A stretch of DNA of 64,000 nt, from NCBI GenBank assembly GCA_021323865.1, contig JAJPKF010000020.1, forward strand, positions 257,673 through 321,672, given 5' to 3'. The position numbers were made by a program, and so were the translations under genes. The stretch comes from Pseudomonadota bacterium. GTDB taxonomy: Bacteria; Chloroflexota; UBA5177; JAJPKF01. How positions within the stretch are numbered: position 1 is the stretch's first letter; the number at the start of each line of letters is the position of its first letter. The notes beneath the pieces are model-generated. The model was not told where the DNA came from. It made no database searches and saw only the letters and a list, made by a program, of their open reading frames with translations. This document shows, one piece after another, positions 9,861 through 18,678 of the stretch.

Positions 9861-11921
9861 GTGAAACGCCGTATCCTTGCCGTGGCCGCAACCGCAATCC
9901 TCGGTGGCGTGGGTTTCATCCCCGCCGCTGTCAGCGCTTCGACGCCCTCGGTTCGTATGGGCACCGTTCACGGCACATTCTTCGCTGGGAATTCCTCGGG
10001 CAGCTTCCTGACTCCGGGATTCGAGCTGTTCCAGCAAGATTTCAAGGCGATTGACTTCAACCCACCAACGGGCGCCTATGCCGGCGATGTGACAAACGCT
10101 CCTCAGTGTTCCAACAACACGCATGTCAACGAGTCCACACGTCCTTTTACGGATGTGATCCCGCGAGGCAATGGAAGCTGCGCCAAGGTTGTCGCCAAGG
10201 GCAACGGATACAGCGCCGGAAAGAGCCCGGCTGCGTTTGAGGCAAGCTTCCTCAGCGAGCTGAAGGTAAGTGGACCGGGCACTGTGAAGTTTGTTGTATC
10301 GTCCGACGACGGGTTCGTCATGGGTCTTGGTCCCACCGGTTCATCTCAACCCACGCTGGTCGCCGGACCGCAGACCAATCTTCCTCAGGCCACATTTATA
10401 GGCGGATTTCCGACACTGGCGGGAGACAATTCCGGCCACTCTGCCACAACTATCTATCGGATCGCGATCAGCTTTCCCAAGGCCGGCACCTATCCCCTCG
10501 AGTTCGACTATGCGGAAGAGGGAACGCTCGGCTTGGCACTCACCTTCGGAACGGCCGCGGGGAAGCCGCTTGTTTCTTCATTTCCCACTCCGGCAAGAAC
10601 CGTCAAGATGGGCAATGTCACCGGGACGTTCTATGCCAATCCAAGCGGTTCAGATAGCTTTGTCCCCCCGAGCACTAAGGCGCTCTTCTCGACCGTCTTC
10701 CCGGTCATCGACTTCGATCCGCCGGTCGGGGCGCATAGTGGCGATCCCAAGAATGCCCCCAATTGCAGCCCTCCCAGCAAGGTGACAGAGCTGACGGCCC
10801 CCTTCACCGACGTGATCCCACGGTATGCGGGCGGAAAGGTGCACTGTACCCTCCAAGTCGCGGAGGGCAACGGGTATCAGGCGTTTGTGAATCCCGTGGC
10901 CTTTGAGGACACCATGGTGACGTCGATTCAGGTGAACAGTGCCGGAAACCAGGTCTTCAACGTGTCGGCCGATGACGGGTTCGTCCTCGGCTTCGGAAAG
11001 AGTGGTGGCCGCACGCCCACGTTCGTTGCCGGACCACAGAACGGATTCACCGTCGGGGACAAGAGCTTCGCCAGTCACGTGCCCTTGATGTTTGGAGACA
11101 ACACCGGCCACTTTCCAACCCAGATCTACGTGCTGGTGGTGCACTTCCCGGCCGCCGGCACCTACCCGATGGAGATGGATCACGCAGAGAACGGGATTGC
11201 CGCTACGTCGCTCACGTTCGGCCAGGCCCCGAACACGCCCCTGGCTTCGACGGTCGGAGCTGAGATGGGAAGCGTCACCGGTACGTTCTACAAGAACCCC
11301 TCGGGCTCCGGAACATTCCAGCCGCCGTCCTCGAAACCGCTGTTCAGCAAGACATTCGGAGCCATCGACTTCGACACGCCCAAGGGCGTCAAAAAGGGAG
11401 ATCCACCGAACGCTCCGAGCTGTAGCCCCGGGAACTCGGTCAACGAGAAGACGGCGCCCTTCACCGATGTGGTCCCTCATTACGGCAAGGCCAAGACAAC
11501 CTGCACGCTGCAGCCCGCGACAGGGAATGGACATACGATATTCGTCAAGCCGAAGGCATTCGAGGACACGATGGTCGCGTCGCTCCATGTCGACTCCGCG
11601 GGAGATCACACGTTCGCCGTCTCTGCCGACGACGGCTTCGAGGCAGCGTTCGGGTCGAGCCACGGGAAGCGACCGACCTATGTTTCGGGCCCGCGCCGGG
11701 GCTTCAAACATGGGGCGAAGAGCTTTGCCAGTCATCTGCCGCTCATGTTCGGCGACAATGCCTCACATTTGCCGTCCCGGATCAACATCATCGTTGTGCA
11801 CTTCCCCGTAGCCGGAACCTATCCCATGGAGATCGATCACGTGGAGAACGGCATCGGCTACACTGCCCTCACGTTCGGCAGCGCCGCGAATGTGCCCTTC
11901 GCCTCGACCAAGCTGAAGTAG
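9861..11921 (+). CDS. Secreted protein with three tandem ~220-aa PA14-like repeats (GTG start with GGAG upstream; signal peptide VKRRILAVAATAILGGVGFIPAAVSA)
   Basis: Three collinear repeats begin near 9954, 10597 and 11260. Each contains DF(N/D)PP.G...GD..NAP.CS...V.E.T.PFTDVIPR, then ...VSSDDGFV.G.G, ...P..VAGPQ, ...GDN.GH, and A/PAGTYP.E.D.AE.G....LTFG. The DDGF...AGTYP core resembles PA14/GLEYA-type beta-sandwich carbohydrate-binding domains. Confidence 0.7.
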   Translation: MKRRILAVAATAILGGVGFIPAAVSASTPSVRMGTVHGTFFAGNSSGSFLTPGFELFQQDFKAIDFNPPTGAYAGDVTNAPQCSNNTHVNESTRPFTDVIPRGNGSCAKVVAKGNGYSAGKSPAAFEASFLSELKVSGPGTVKFVVSSDDGFVMGLGPTGSSQPTLVAGPQTNLPQATFIGGFPTLAGDNSGHSATTIYRIAISFPKAGTYPLEFDYAEEGTLGLALTFGTAAGKPLVSSFPTPARTVKMGNVTGTFYANPSGSDSFVPPSTKALFSTVFPVIDFDPPVGAHSGDPKNAPNCSPPSKVTELTAPFTDVIPRYAGGKVHCTLQVAEGNGYQAFVNPVAFEDTMVTSIQVNSAGNQVFNVSADDGFVLGFGKSGGRTPTFVAGPQNGFTVGDKSFASHVPLMFGDNTGHFPTQIYVLVVHFPAAGTYPMEMDHAENGIAATSLTFGQAPNTPLASTVGAEMGSVTGTFYKNPSGSGTFQPPSSKPLFSKTFGAIDFDTPKGVKKGDPPNAPSCSPGNSVNEKTAPFTDVVPHYGKAKTTCTLQPATGNGHTIFVKPKAFEDTMVASLHVDSAGDHTFAVSADDGFEAAFGSSHGKRPTYVSGPRRGFKHGAKSFASHLPLMFGDNASHLPSRINIIVVHFPVAGTYPMEIDHVENGIGYTALTFGSAANVPFASTKLK

Positions 11922-12249
11922 CGGATGACCACTCCTCGAGCCCAGCCCGCTGGCTGAGCTCGAGGAGGTGTCTCCCGGCACATGCCCGCCCAGGATCGCG
12001 GCTGCAGGGCCTGGTATGAATGTCGTGGTTCGAAGCAGTTACGAGGGCGACGTCCAGTGGCCTGGCGAGTCTTAGCAGGTCCGCTCGGATGAGGCTCCCA
12101 GCCGGCAGTAGACACCAGAACCGGGACTTGGGGCCATAGCCGGGACTGGCCTGCTGCTTCCGCCTCCTGGAGGAGAATCGTACTGGTCTCGCCGGACCTG
12201 TTCGATGCCGAGCCTCACCGAACGATATCCATGGAATGGAGACGCATCG

Positions 12250-13050
12250 ATGACGGAATTTCACGACCAAGATCTATCAGGCGCCACCTTTGAGCGCGTG
12301 AACCTCACGGATGCAAGGTTTACCAGAGTTGACTTCAGCGGCGCGGTGATACGTGGCAGCCTGCTGGAAGGAGTCCGGCTTCGTGGGGCCGAGCTGATTG
12401 ACGTGGAGATCAGCGCCGAGCTGCAGAACGTGGTCGTGAATGGCGTCAATATCGCGCCGCTCATCGACGCGGAGTTGAATCGGCGGATGCCCGAGCGGGC
12501 GAAGATGCGCCCCGAAAGTCCTGAGGCGTTTCGGGAGGCGTGGGCCATCCTCGAAGGGTTGTGGGCCGGAACCATTGAGCGTGCCCGTACCTTCCCGGAA
12601 GAGACACTGCATCAGAGCGCGAACGGCGAATGGTCCTTCATCCAAACCCTTCGGCACCTGAACTTTGCCACTGCCGCCTGGGTGGAACGGATGGTCCTCG
12701 GCAACCGCTCTCCCTGGCACCCGCTGGACCTCCCCTGGGACGAGGCTCCGGGTTGGGAGGGCATTCCCTGGGACCGGGAGGCTCGACCTTCCCTCGATGA
12801 GGTGCTGGCGGTCCGCGGTCGACGCCAGGCCACAGTGGCCCGGGTCCTCGCTTCCCTGACGCAAGAGCAGCTTGCCTCCGAGGTGACCCGGACAGAGCCC
12901 GGCTGGCCGCAAGTCGAGACCTTTCCGTTCAAGGAGTGTCTCCTCATCGTGATTAACGAGGAGTGGGAGCACCGACTCTATGCGGAACGCGATCTTACCG
13001 TCCTCGAAAAAGAGGCGCCGGAATCGCGGCGCGCATTCCCCACATCCTGA
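12250..13050 (+). CDS. Fusion protein: N-terminal pentapeptide repeats + C-terminal DinB_2/DUF664-like domain
   Basis: ATG at 12250 preceded by GGAGAC. N-terminus [47 protein letters not shown] (A(D/N)LxG pentapeptides). C-terminus [24 protein letters not shown]...[18 protein letters not shown] is DinB_2-like. Confidence 0.7.
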   Translation: MTEFHDQDLSGATFERVNLTDARFTRVDFSGAVIRGSLLEGVRLRGAELIDVEISAELQNVVVNGVNIAPLIDAELNRRMPERAKMRPESPEAFREAWAILEGLWAGTIERARTFPEETLHQSANGEWSFIQTLRHLNFATAAWVERMVLGNRSPWHPLDLPWDEAPGWEGIPWDREARPSLDEVLAVRGRRQATVARVLASLTQEQLASEVTRTEPGWPQVETFPFKECLLIVINEEWEHRLYAERDLTVLEKEAPESRRAFPTS

Positions 13051-13104
13051 GCCTGGCGATGGGGCACACGGCCAATGCCGCCGCAGATAAGGTCGACCAA
13101 TCGG

Positions 13105-13520
13105 TCTCGCATATCGCCGACAGCCATGACTTCATCCGGGTGCAGGGACCACGAGAGAACAACCTCCAAGACGTGAGCATCGACATCCCCAAGCGCCGTC
13201 TGACGGTGTTCACGGGCGTCTCGGGCTTGGGCAAGAGCTCGCTGGTGTTCGATACCATAATCCCAGCGGCTGATCAATGAAACCTACAGCGCGTGCGTGC
13301 AGGGCTTTATGCCGGCGCTGACGCGACCGGATGTCGACGTGCTCGAGGGCCTGACCACCGTCATCAGGGATCAGCAGCGCATGGGGGCTGATCCACGCTC
13401 CACGTCGGGACCGCCACAGACGCGAACGCCATGCTACGTATCCTCTTCAGCCGCTTGGGGCGGCCCCACGTGGGGCCTCCCAATGCCTTCTCCTTCAATA
13501 CCCCCCTCGGTGCGCGCCGT
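13105..13520 (+). pseudogene. Remnant of a uvrA-like (excinuclease ABC subunit A family, possibly the short UvrA2/DrrC-type paralog) gene: N-terminal ~150 codons spread over three frames, remainder deleted
   Basis: Frame a: [45 protein letters not shown] (UvrA N-terminal Walker A). Frame b after a shift near 13262: [45 protein letters not shown] (matches UvrA ...SLSAYARQFL..KPDVDSIEGLSPAISIDQK..RNPRST). Frame c after a shift near 13400: NAMLRILFSRLGRPHV..NAFSFNTP (UvrA ...YDYLRLLFARVG.PHC...LFSFN). Similarity then ends ~13520 and the next gene begins at 13676. Confidence 0.6.
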
Positions 13521-13675
13521 GGGGGCCATCACCGTCGAACGGGGCCATCGCGGCACGGGGTTTCCAATCGGCTCGGGCTCAATGTGCCGCATCGACAGGC
13601 GTACTGCGAATCCCGCAGTCTCGTAACGGTTTCCGTAACGAATCTTGGACGCCACTTCGATAGACTGACGATGAA

Positions 13676-15424
13676 ATGGCGGCAGGACTTCGAGTTTCGC
13701 GGCTTCCGATATTCCGCAAGAGAGCGGGGTCGGAACCCGTCCCGTCCGCGGCTCCCCAAATGTCGGCGAAGTCGGTCATTGAACCGCTCGACATCGCGCC
13801 GAACGATCCGCTGCTGGCCTACTTGGTGTCGTCCCCCGGCGCCGTGGACATCCAGCAGTTGGAGCTGGATTCACCCGCCGTACGGTCGATGAAGGCAGCG
13901 GGCATCAAGCTGGCCGTGCCGCTGGTCTCTCAGGGTGAGCTTATCGGCATGCTGAATCTCGGGCAACGAATGAGTGAACAAGAGTACTCATCCGACGATC
14001 GCGCATTGCTGAACAATCTCGCTGCTCAAGCCACCCCGGCATTGCGAGTGGCCCAGCTGGTTCGCCAGCAACAGGCGGAAGCCAAGGAGCGGCAGCGCAT
14101 CGAACAGGAGCTACAAGTCGCGCGGCTCATCCAGCATACGCTCCTTCCCAAGAACCTCCCACAGGTTGAGGGTTGGCACGTCGCAGCGCACTACCAGCCC
14201 GCACGGGCCGTCGGCGGTGACTTTTACGATTTCATCGAAATGGAGGATGGTCGGCTGGGGCTCGTCGTCGGAGATGTTACGGACAAGGGAGTTCCCGCCG
14301 CACTGGTCATGGCGACCACTCGCAGCGTGCTGCGAGCAGCGGCGGAATCCATGGCCCGCCCGGGCGAGGTCCTGCGACAAGCCAATAACAAGCTGTGTCC
14401 CGACATTCCAGAAAACATGTTCGTCACCTGTCTGTTTGCCCTCCTCGATCCGGTTGAAGGTCGGCTCGTCTACGCCAACGCCGGCCACGACGCGCCCTAT
14501 CAGCGATCCGAGGCGGGCGTGGTCGAGCTGCGAGCTCGCGGTATGCCGCTCGGTCTCATGCCCGATATGGAGTATGAGGAGCTTGAGACCCAGCTGGCTC
14601 CGGGCGATGCCATCCTCTTCTACAGCGATGGGTTGGTTGAAGCACACAACTCAAACCGGGAAATGTTCAGCTTTCCGCGGTTGCGCGAGCTGCTTGCTCG
14701 GCACGTCATGTCGACGCCGGACGAGCTCGTTGACTTCCTGCTCGACAACCTGGCTCGCTTCACCGGACGTGAATGGGATCAGGAAGACGACATCACCTTG
14801 GTCACGCTCCAGCGCGTGCACAATGTCGCTCGCCACACGGCATTTGCCACGAGCATGCTGGAGGAGGTCGAACCGCCTCCGAGCGACGAGACCCAGGCTG
14901 CATATGGCGAGGAGACGCCTGGCACGGACGCAAGCGGCAAGGCGAGTTCCACAGATGCTCCGATGTCTGCCGTTCGACCCGCCGACGACGGGGCGATCTG
15001 GGACAGGATCACAAAGTTCGAAATCGCCAGCCGGCCAGGAAATGAGCGCGTCGCAATTGAGCGAGTGCGCGAGGCGTTAAGAAGCGTCGATCTTCCGGCC
15101 CGAACATGTGAGCGTTTGGAGACGGCGGTAGGCGAGGCGACGATGAATGCCATGGAGCACGGCAACAAGTATCAGTCCGATGTCACCGTCGTCATTTGCG
15201 TCGAGCTTTCTCCCCGAGCGATTCGGATCGGAGTTACAGACCAGGGGGAACCGATCCCCCTCGAGACTGAGGAGCCTGACCTAGAGCTGAAGCTGGCCGG
15301 GATGCAGAGCCCCCGCGGCTGGGGCATGTTTCTCATCAAAAACATGGTGGACGACATGCAGGTGGTGGACGATGCGGTCGGCCATACCCTGCAGCTGACT
15401 GTTCACCGGGAAAGGAGCCACTGA
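13676..15424 (+). CDS. Fused partner-switching regulator: partial GAF + PP2C (SpoIIE/RsbU-type) phosphatase + C-terminal RsbW/SpoIIAB-like HATPase (anti-sigma-factor-type Ser kinase) domain; real start possibly ~13760 (MSAKSV..)
   Basis: GAF C-terminal half ...GIKLAVPLVSQGELIGMLNLGQR. PP2C motifs LQVARLIQHTLLP, GGDFYDF, GLVVGDVTDKGVPAAL, DAILFYSDGLVEA. HATPase_c ...ETAVGEATMNAMEHGN...VVICVEL...RIGVTDQGEP....GWGMFLIKNMVDDMQV. Confidence 0.75.
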   Translation: MAAGLRVSRLPIFRKRAGSEPVPSAAPQMSAKSVIEPLDIAPNDPLLAYLVSSPGAVDIQQLELDSPAVRSMKAAGIKLAVPLVSQGELIGMLNLGQRMSEQEYSSDDRALLNNLAAQATPALRVAQLVRQQQAEAKERQRIEQELQVARLIQHTLLPKNLPQVEGWHVAAHYQPARAVGGDFYDFIEMEDGRLGLVVGDVTDKGVPAALVMATTRSVLRAAAESMARPGEVLRQANNKLCPDIPENMFVTCLFALLDPVEGRLVYANAGHDAPYQRSEAGVVELRARGMPLGLMPDMEYEELETQLAPGDAILFYSDGLVEAHNSNREMFSFPRLRELLARHVMSTPDELVDFLLDNLARFTGREWDQEDDITLVTLQRVHNVARHTAFATSMLEEVEPPPSDETQAAYGEETPGTDASGKASSTDAPMSAVRPADDGAIWDRITKFEIASRPGNERVAIERVREALRSVDLPARTCERLETAVGEATMNAMEHGNKYQSDVTVVICVELSPRAIRIGVTDQGEPIPLETEEPDLELKLAGMQSPRGWGMFLIKNMVDDMQVVDDAVGHTLQLTVHRERSH

Positions 15425-15786
15425 TGGCTAATGAGCCTCTTGAAGTAACGGTTCGCCGGCTCCCGGCCCTGACGGTTCTGGACCTCGAGGGAGAGATCAA
15501 CGGCTTGGCCGAGTCACGACTCAATCACGCTTACGCAGACGCGGAGGGTGCAGGGCCACGGACCGTATTGCTCAATTTTTCGGGCGTGGACTATATCAAC
15601 AGTACCGGCATCGCCCTGATCGTCAGCCTGCTCGGACGCGCACGAGCGAGTGGTCGCGAGCTGCGCGCCTGTGGCCTCAGCGAGCACTATGTCGAGATTT
15701 TCAACATCACCCGGCTGGCCGACTTCATGTCCGTGTTTCCGAATGAGGAAGCAGCAGTCAGTGAGGCTGCTCTGGGCGCCGGATAG
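15424..15786 (+). CDS. STAS-domain anti-sigma-factor antagonist (SpoIIAA/RsbV-like)
   Basis: LTVLDLEGEINGLAESRLNHAY...VLLNFSGVDYINSTGIALIVSL...RELRACGLSEHYVEIFNITRL is the STAS fold with its phosphorylatable Ser/Thr region. ATGA overlap with the upstream gene. Confidence 0.8.
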   Translation: MANEPLEVTVRRLPALTVLDLEGEINGLAESRLNHAYADAEGAGPRTVLLNFSGVDYINSTGIALIVSLLGRARASGRELRACGLSEHYVEIFNITRLADFMSVFPNEEAAVSEAALGAG

Positions 15787-15848
15787 AGGAAGAGGCGCCC
15801 CCGGGATCCGCGTCAGCTACCACACCACTGTGCAAACGAGAGGAAACC

Positions 15849-16193
15849 ATGGACCAAACACAGACGTTCGGCGTCCGGGCAACTGAGGGTGCAGCGGTCA
15901 TCGACATCACCGGCGAACTCAATGCCTCGAGCGACCCCGCACTTTCCGATGCCTATGCCCAGGCGTCCGAGCTGAGCGGGCTGATCCTCCTCAACTTCGC
16001 GGGTCTCGAGTACATGAATAGCTCGGGCATTGGCCTCCTCGTTACGCTGCTCATTCGGGCCAATCGGCAGAAGAAGCGCCTCGCGATCTGCGGCCTGTCT
16101 GACCACTACCGGCATATCTTCCAGATCACGAAGCTCGACGATGCGATGAAGATCTATGAAACCGAAGCGGACGCGTTAGGGAGCGATCGATAG
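15849..16193 (+). CDS. Second STAS-domain anti-sigma-factor antagonist
   Basis: AAVIDITGELNASSD...LILLNFAGLEYMNSSGIGLLVTL...KRLAICGLSDHYRHIFQITKL; paralog of 15424-15786. Confidence 0.8.
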   Translation: MDQTQTFGVRATEGAAVIDITGELNASSDPALSDAYAQASELSGLILLNFAGLEYMNSSGIGLLVTLLIRANRQKKRLAICGLSDHYRHIFQITKLDDAMKIYETEADALGSDR

Positions 16194-16236
16194 CGGCGTC
16201 CACTGACGGACGCCGAAGACCAAGTGGAGGATAACC

Positions 16237-17013
16237 ATGACCGAAAGCCGAGAGCAAAGAGCCTCGCAGATACCTCGTGACGCGGCCAACTGGGCGACAC
16301 AAACTGATGCCGTCAGGCTGTCGGCGGTCCCAACCGGGGCCCGGAATCTCAACGTAGAAGGGAAGCAGGCAGTCGGTCCACTTCAGGGCTTCGGACCAAT
16401 GTGGCAAAAGACCTACCGTGTCCGTCTCCAGGGAAGCGACGCCACGCCCAAGGATGTCATCGCGGCCTGGAAGGAGAACTTCCCCAAATTCTGGCCGCCG
16501 GGCAACACGTTCTATGCGCCGCTCACCGGCATTGCTCCAGGAGAGGCGGCCTTGATCAACTCCTCACTGCCTGGAGGAATGCCGCTCTCGACGGGGGTGA
16601 TGGTGCTCTACGCGGACGATGAGTCATTCACCCTGATGACCACCCAGGGCCATCCCTTCTCCGGTTGGGTGACCTTCAGCGCGACCGTCGAGTCGGAGGG
16701 AGGTATGACGTGCACCGTGGCCCAAGCGCAGGTGCTGATGCGCGCCAATGACCCACTTTATGCGGTTGGCATGCGGTTCGGCGGCCATAAGCAAGAGGAC
16801 CGCATCTGGGAGTGGACGCTGGCCTCCGTAGCGAAGCACTTCGGCGTCGAAGCGCAGGTCGACACCAATTGCCAGTGTGTCGACCGGAGGCCCCAGTGGA
16901 GGCGGGCGGGAAACATCTGGTACAACGCCGGAATTCGGTCGGGCATGTACGTGATGACGACGCCCGTGCGCTTCGTCGCGCGGCCATTCTCCCGTCCTCG
17001 CACGGGCGCATAG
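16237..17013 (+). CDS. Hypothetical soluble protein (no family recognised)
   Basis: 258-codon ORF with coding-like codon usage and a GGAGGATAACC RBS-like sequence upstream. No motif I can name. Confidence 0.5.
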   Translation: MTESREQRASQIPRDAANWATQTDAVRLSAVPTGARNLNVEGKQAVGPLQGFGPMWQKTYRVRLQGSDATPKDVIAAWKENFPKFWPPGNTFYAPLTGIAPGEAALINSSLPGGMPLSTGVMVLYADDESFTLMTTQGHPFSGWVTFSATVESEGGMTCTVAQAQVLMRANDPLYAVGMRFGGHKQEDRIWEWTLASVAKHFGVEAQVDTNCQCVDRRPQWRRAGNIWYNAGIRSGMYVMTTPVRFVARPFSRPRTGA

Positions 17014-17339
17014 CCCGTCGTCAACCAGAGCTGTCTGGGTTCGTCACCGGGGTGTGCACCAATCGAGAGGGCAAGCGGGGCATGACAAATTGGTAATTCC
17101 CCTCACGTGGTCCAGTTGAGCCCTTCAGACGCTGCGGCTCCGCTCCTCGGGGAGTTCAGGCGCACCACGGACATGACCCCTATTGGAGAATGGCCGCGAC
17201 AGATCCGTCTCGGCCGGCTTTCTCAGCGACTCGGGTCGTTTGTGCGGGAGCCGATGAATCTCCAGCCGGCCTACCGGCGGCTGGTTTCTGAGCCGGGGGT
17301 GCGAGGACTCGGTCGCGCTGCCACAGGAGGCGCATTCCG

Positions 17340-18536
17340 ATGATGGTCAAACCGGCAAACAGGCCACGTCTCTGGGTGCCGGTCTGGTTCATCACTGCCG
17401 CCACCGGAACCGCCGTCTGGATCGCAGGCCCGATCGTGGAGTGGACGCGTCTGCAGACCGTTTGTCACCATGAGTCTCGCTGCTTGAACACGCAGCTCAA
17501 CGTCATGGCCGCGCGGACCCTCACGCAGCACCACGTCTCGCTCGTGGACTACGCGTTGGGTTCGTTCGCCATGCTGGCCCTTCTCTGGGTCCTCTGGTAC
17601 GGGCTTGCGGCCCTCCTGGTGTTCAAACGTCCCGAGGACAGGGGCGCACTGCTGGCGGCCTTCTTCTTGGTCATCTTTCCGATGTGGGAGTACAGCGATC
17701 TCGTGCCCTGGTGGGGATGGCTCGGAGGAGTCTTCGTGGGAGTGCTGCTGCTCTTCGCCCTGATCTTCCCAGACGGGAGATTTCAGCCGCCCTGGACCAA
17801 GTGGCTTGCCGTCGCAGTAGCGTTGTTCTTCGGCCTCAACTTTCTGTCATCGCTCTCCTTCCTGAATGGGCCTCTGGGACTGGTCATGTTCGTTGGTCTG
17901 GTTGCGCTGGTGGTCGTCGCCCAGGTGCACCGGTTTCGGACCGTGTCGTCCTGGTCCGAGCGTCAGAGAACGAAGTGGGCCGTGTTGGGTCTGACAGCGG
18001 CCGTTGCCGGGGTGATGACCACCTGGCTCCTCGGCTCAATCCTGCCAATCCCAACCGGATCCGGCTCGATCTTCAGCGCTGTCGACAACCAGGTGGGCAC
18101 CGCTATGGTGATGTCGGTCATCCCAGTCTCGATGGCCGTGGCCGTCCTCCGGAACCGATTGTGGGACATTGACCGAGTCATGAGTCGGGCTCTGGCCTAT
18201 GCCGTCCTGACAGCCGTGGTCATCGGCGTCTACGTCGGGAGCGTGGTCGGGCTTCAGTCTCTCTTGGCGCTCTTCGCTCACAACGGCTCGCCCGTCGCCA
18301 TCGGGCTCTCGACTCTCGCCATCGTCGCCCTGTTTGGCCCGCTGCACAGGCGGATCCAGCGCACCGTCGAGCGAAGGTTCTACCGGGCCCGCTACGACGC
18401 GGCTCGTACGGTGGCTGCTTTCGGGGAGCGCCTTCGAGACCAAGTTGATCTTGAACAGCTTAGTCACGGCCTGACCGGTGTTGTCCGGGACACTCTTCAT
18501 CCCGAGCATGTGTCGCTTTGGCTGCGCCAGACGTGA
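17340..18536 (+). CDS. Paralog P1 of the seven-member array of ~10-TM membrane proteins (conserved C-x5-C ectoloop; C-terminal RRFYRARYDAARTV...HPEHVSLWLR tail)
   Basis: GGAGG then ATG. TM1, then TVCHHESRCLNTQLNV, then ~9 more hydrophobic helices with conserved loops RPEDRGA, FPDGRFQPPWTKW, HRFRTVSSWSERQRTKWA, LRNRLWDIDRV, then the tail. Followed by hairpins. Confidence 0.8.
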   Translation: MMVKPANRPRLWVPVWFITAATGTAVWIAGPIVEWTRLQTVCHHESRCLNTQLNVMAARTLTQHHVSLVDYALGSFAMLALLWVLWYGLAALLVFKRPEDRGALLAAFFLVIFPMWEYSDLVPWWGWLGGVFVGVLLLFALIFPDGRFQPPWTKWLAVAVALFFGLNFLSSLSFLNGPLGLVMFVGLVALVVVAQVHRFRTVSSWSERQRTKWAVLGLTAAVAGVMTTWLLGSILPIPTGSGSIFSAVDNQVGTAMVMSVIPVSMAVAVLRNRLWDIDRVMSRALAYAVLTAVVIGVYVGSVVGLQSLLALFAHNGSPVAIGLSTLAIVALFGPLHRRIQRTVERRFYRARYDAARTVAAFGERLRDQVDLEQLSHGLTGVVRDTLHPEHVSLWLRQT

Positions 18537-18546
18537 CAAGGATGAC

Positions 18547-18588
18547 GGGCTGGCGAAAACGTTTCCCAGCCCCCGCCACTTGGGAAAC
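18547..18588 (+). terminator. Two overlapping, mutually exclusive GC-rich hairpins in the P1-P2 spacer (terminator/attenuator-like); a 12-bp palindrome GGCGCCGGCGCC follows at 18628-18639
   Basis: gggctgg(18547-53)/ccagccc(18566-72) and gtttccca(18561-68)/tgggaaac(18581-88) share nucleotides, so only one can form. This is the only sizeable spacer inside the array besides the P4-P5 gap. Confidence 0.3.
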
Positions 18589-18678
18589 GGTCGCCGCGGA
18601 CATTTTGGGCGTGTGGACCGACCCCTTCGGCGCCGGCGCCTTTTGGCCTGAGCAGTTCTCTCCCTTGATCCGTACCCG

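Noticed and set aside
10650-11735. 361-aa minus-strand ORF inside the PA14-repeat gene
   Set aside because: Antisense to a gene with clear internal repeat structure and signal peptide; Arg-rich with no domains.
13431-13892. 153-aa plus ORF spanning the uvrA remnant and the start of the phosphatase gene
   Set aside because: Its first ~30 codons are the third frame of the uvrA remnant; the rest is off-frame low complexity. It is not an independent gene.
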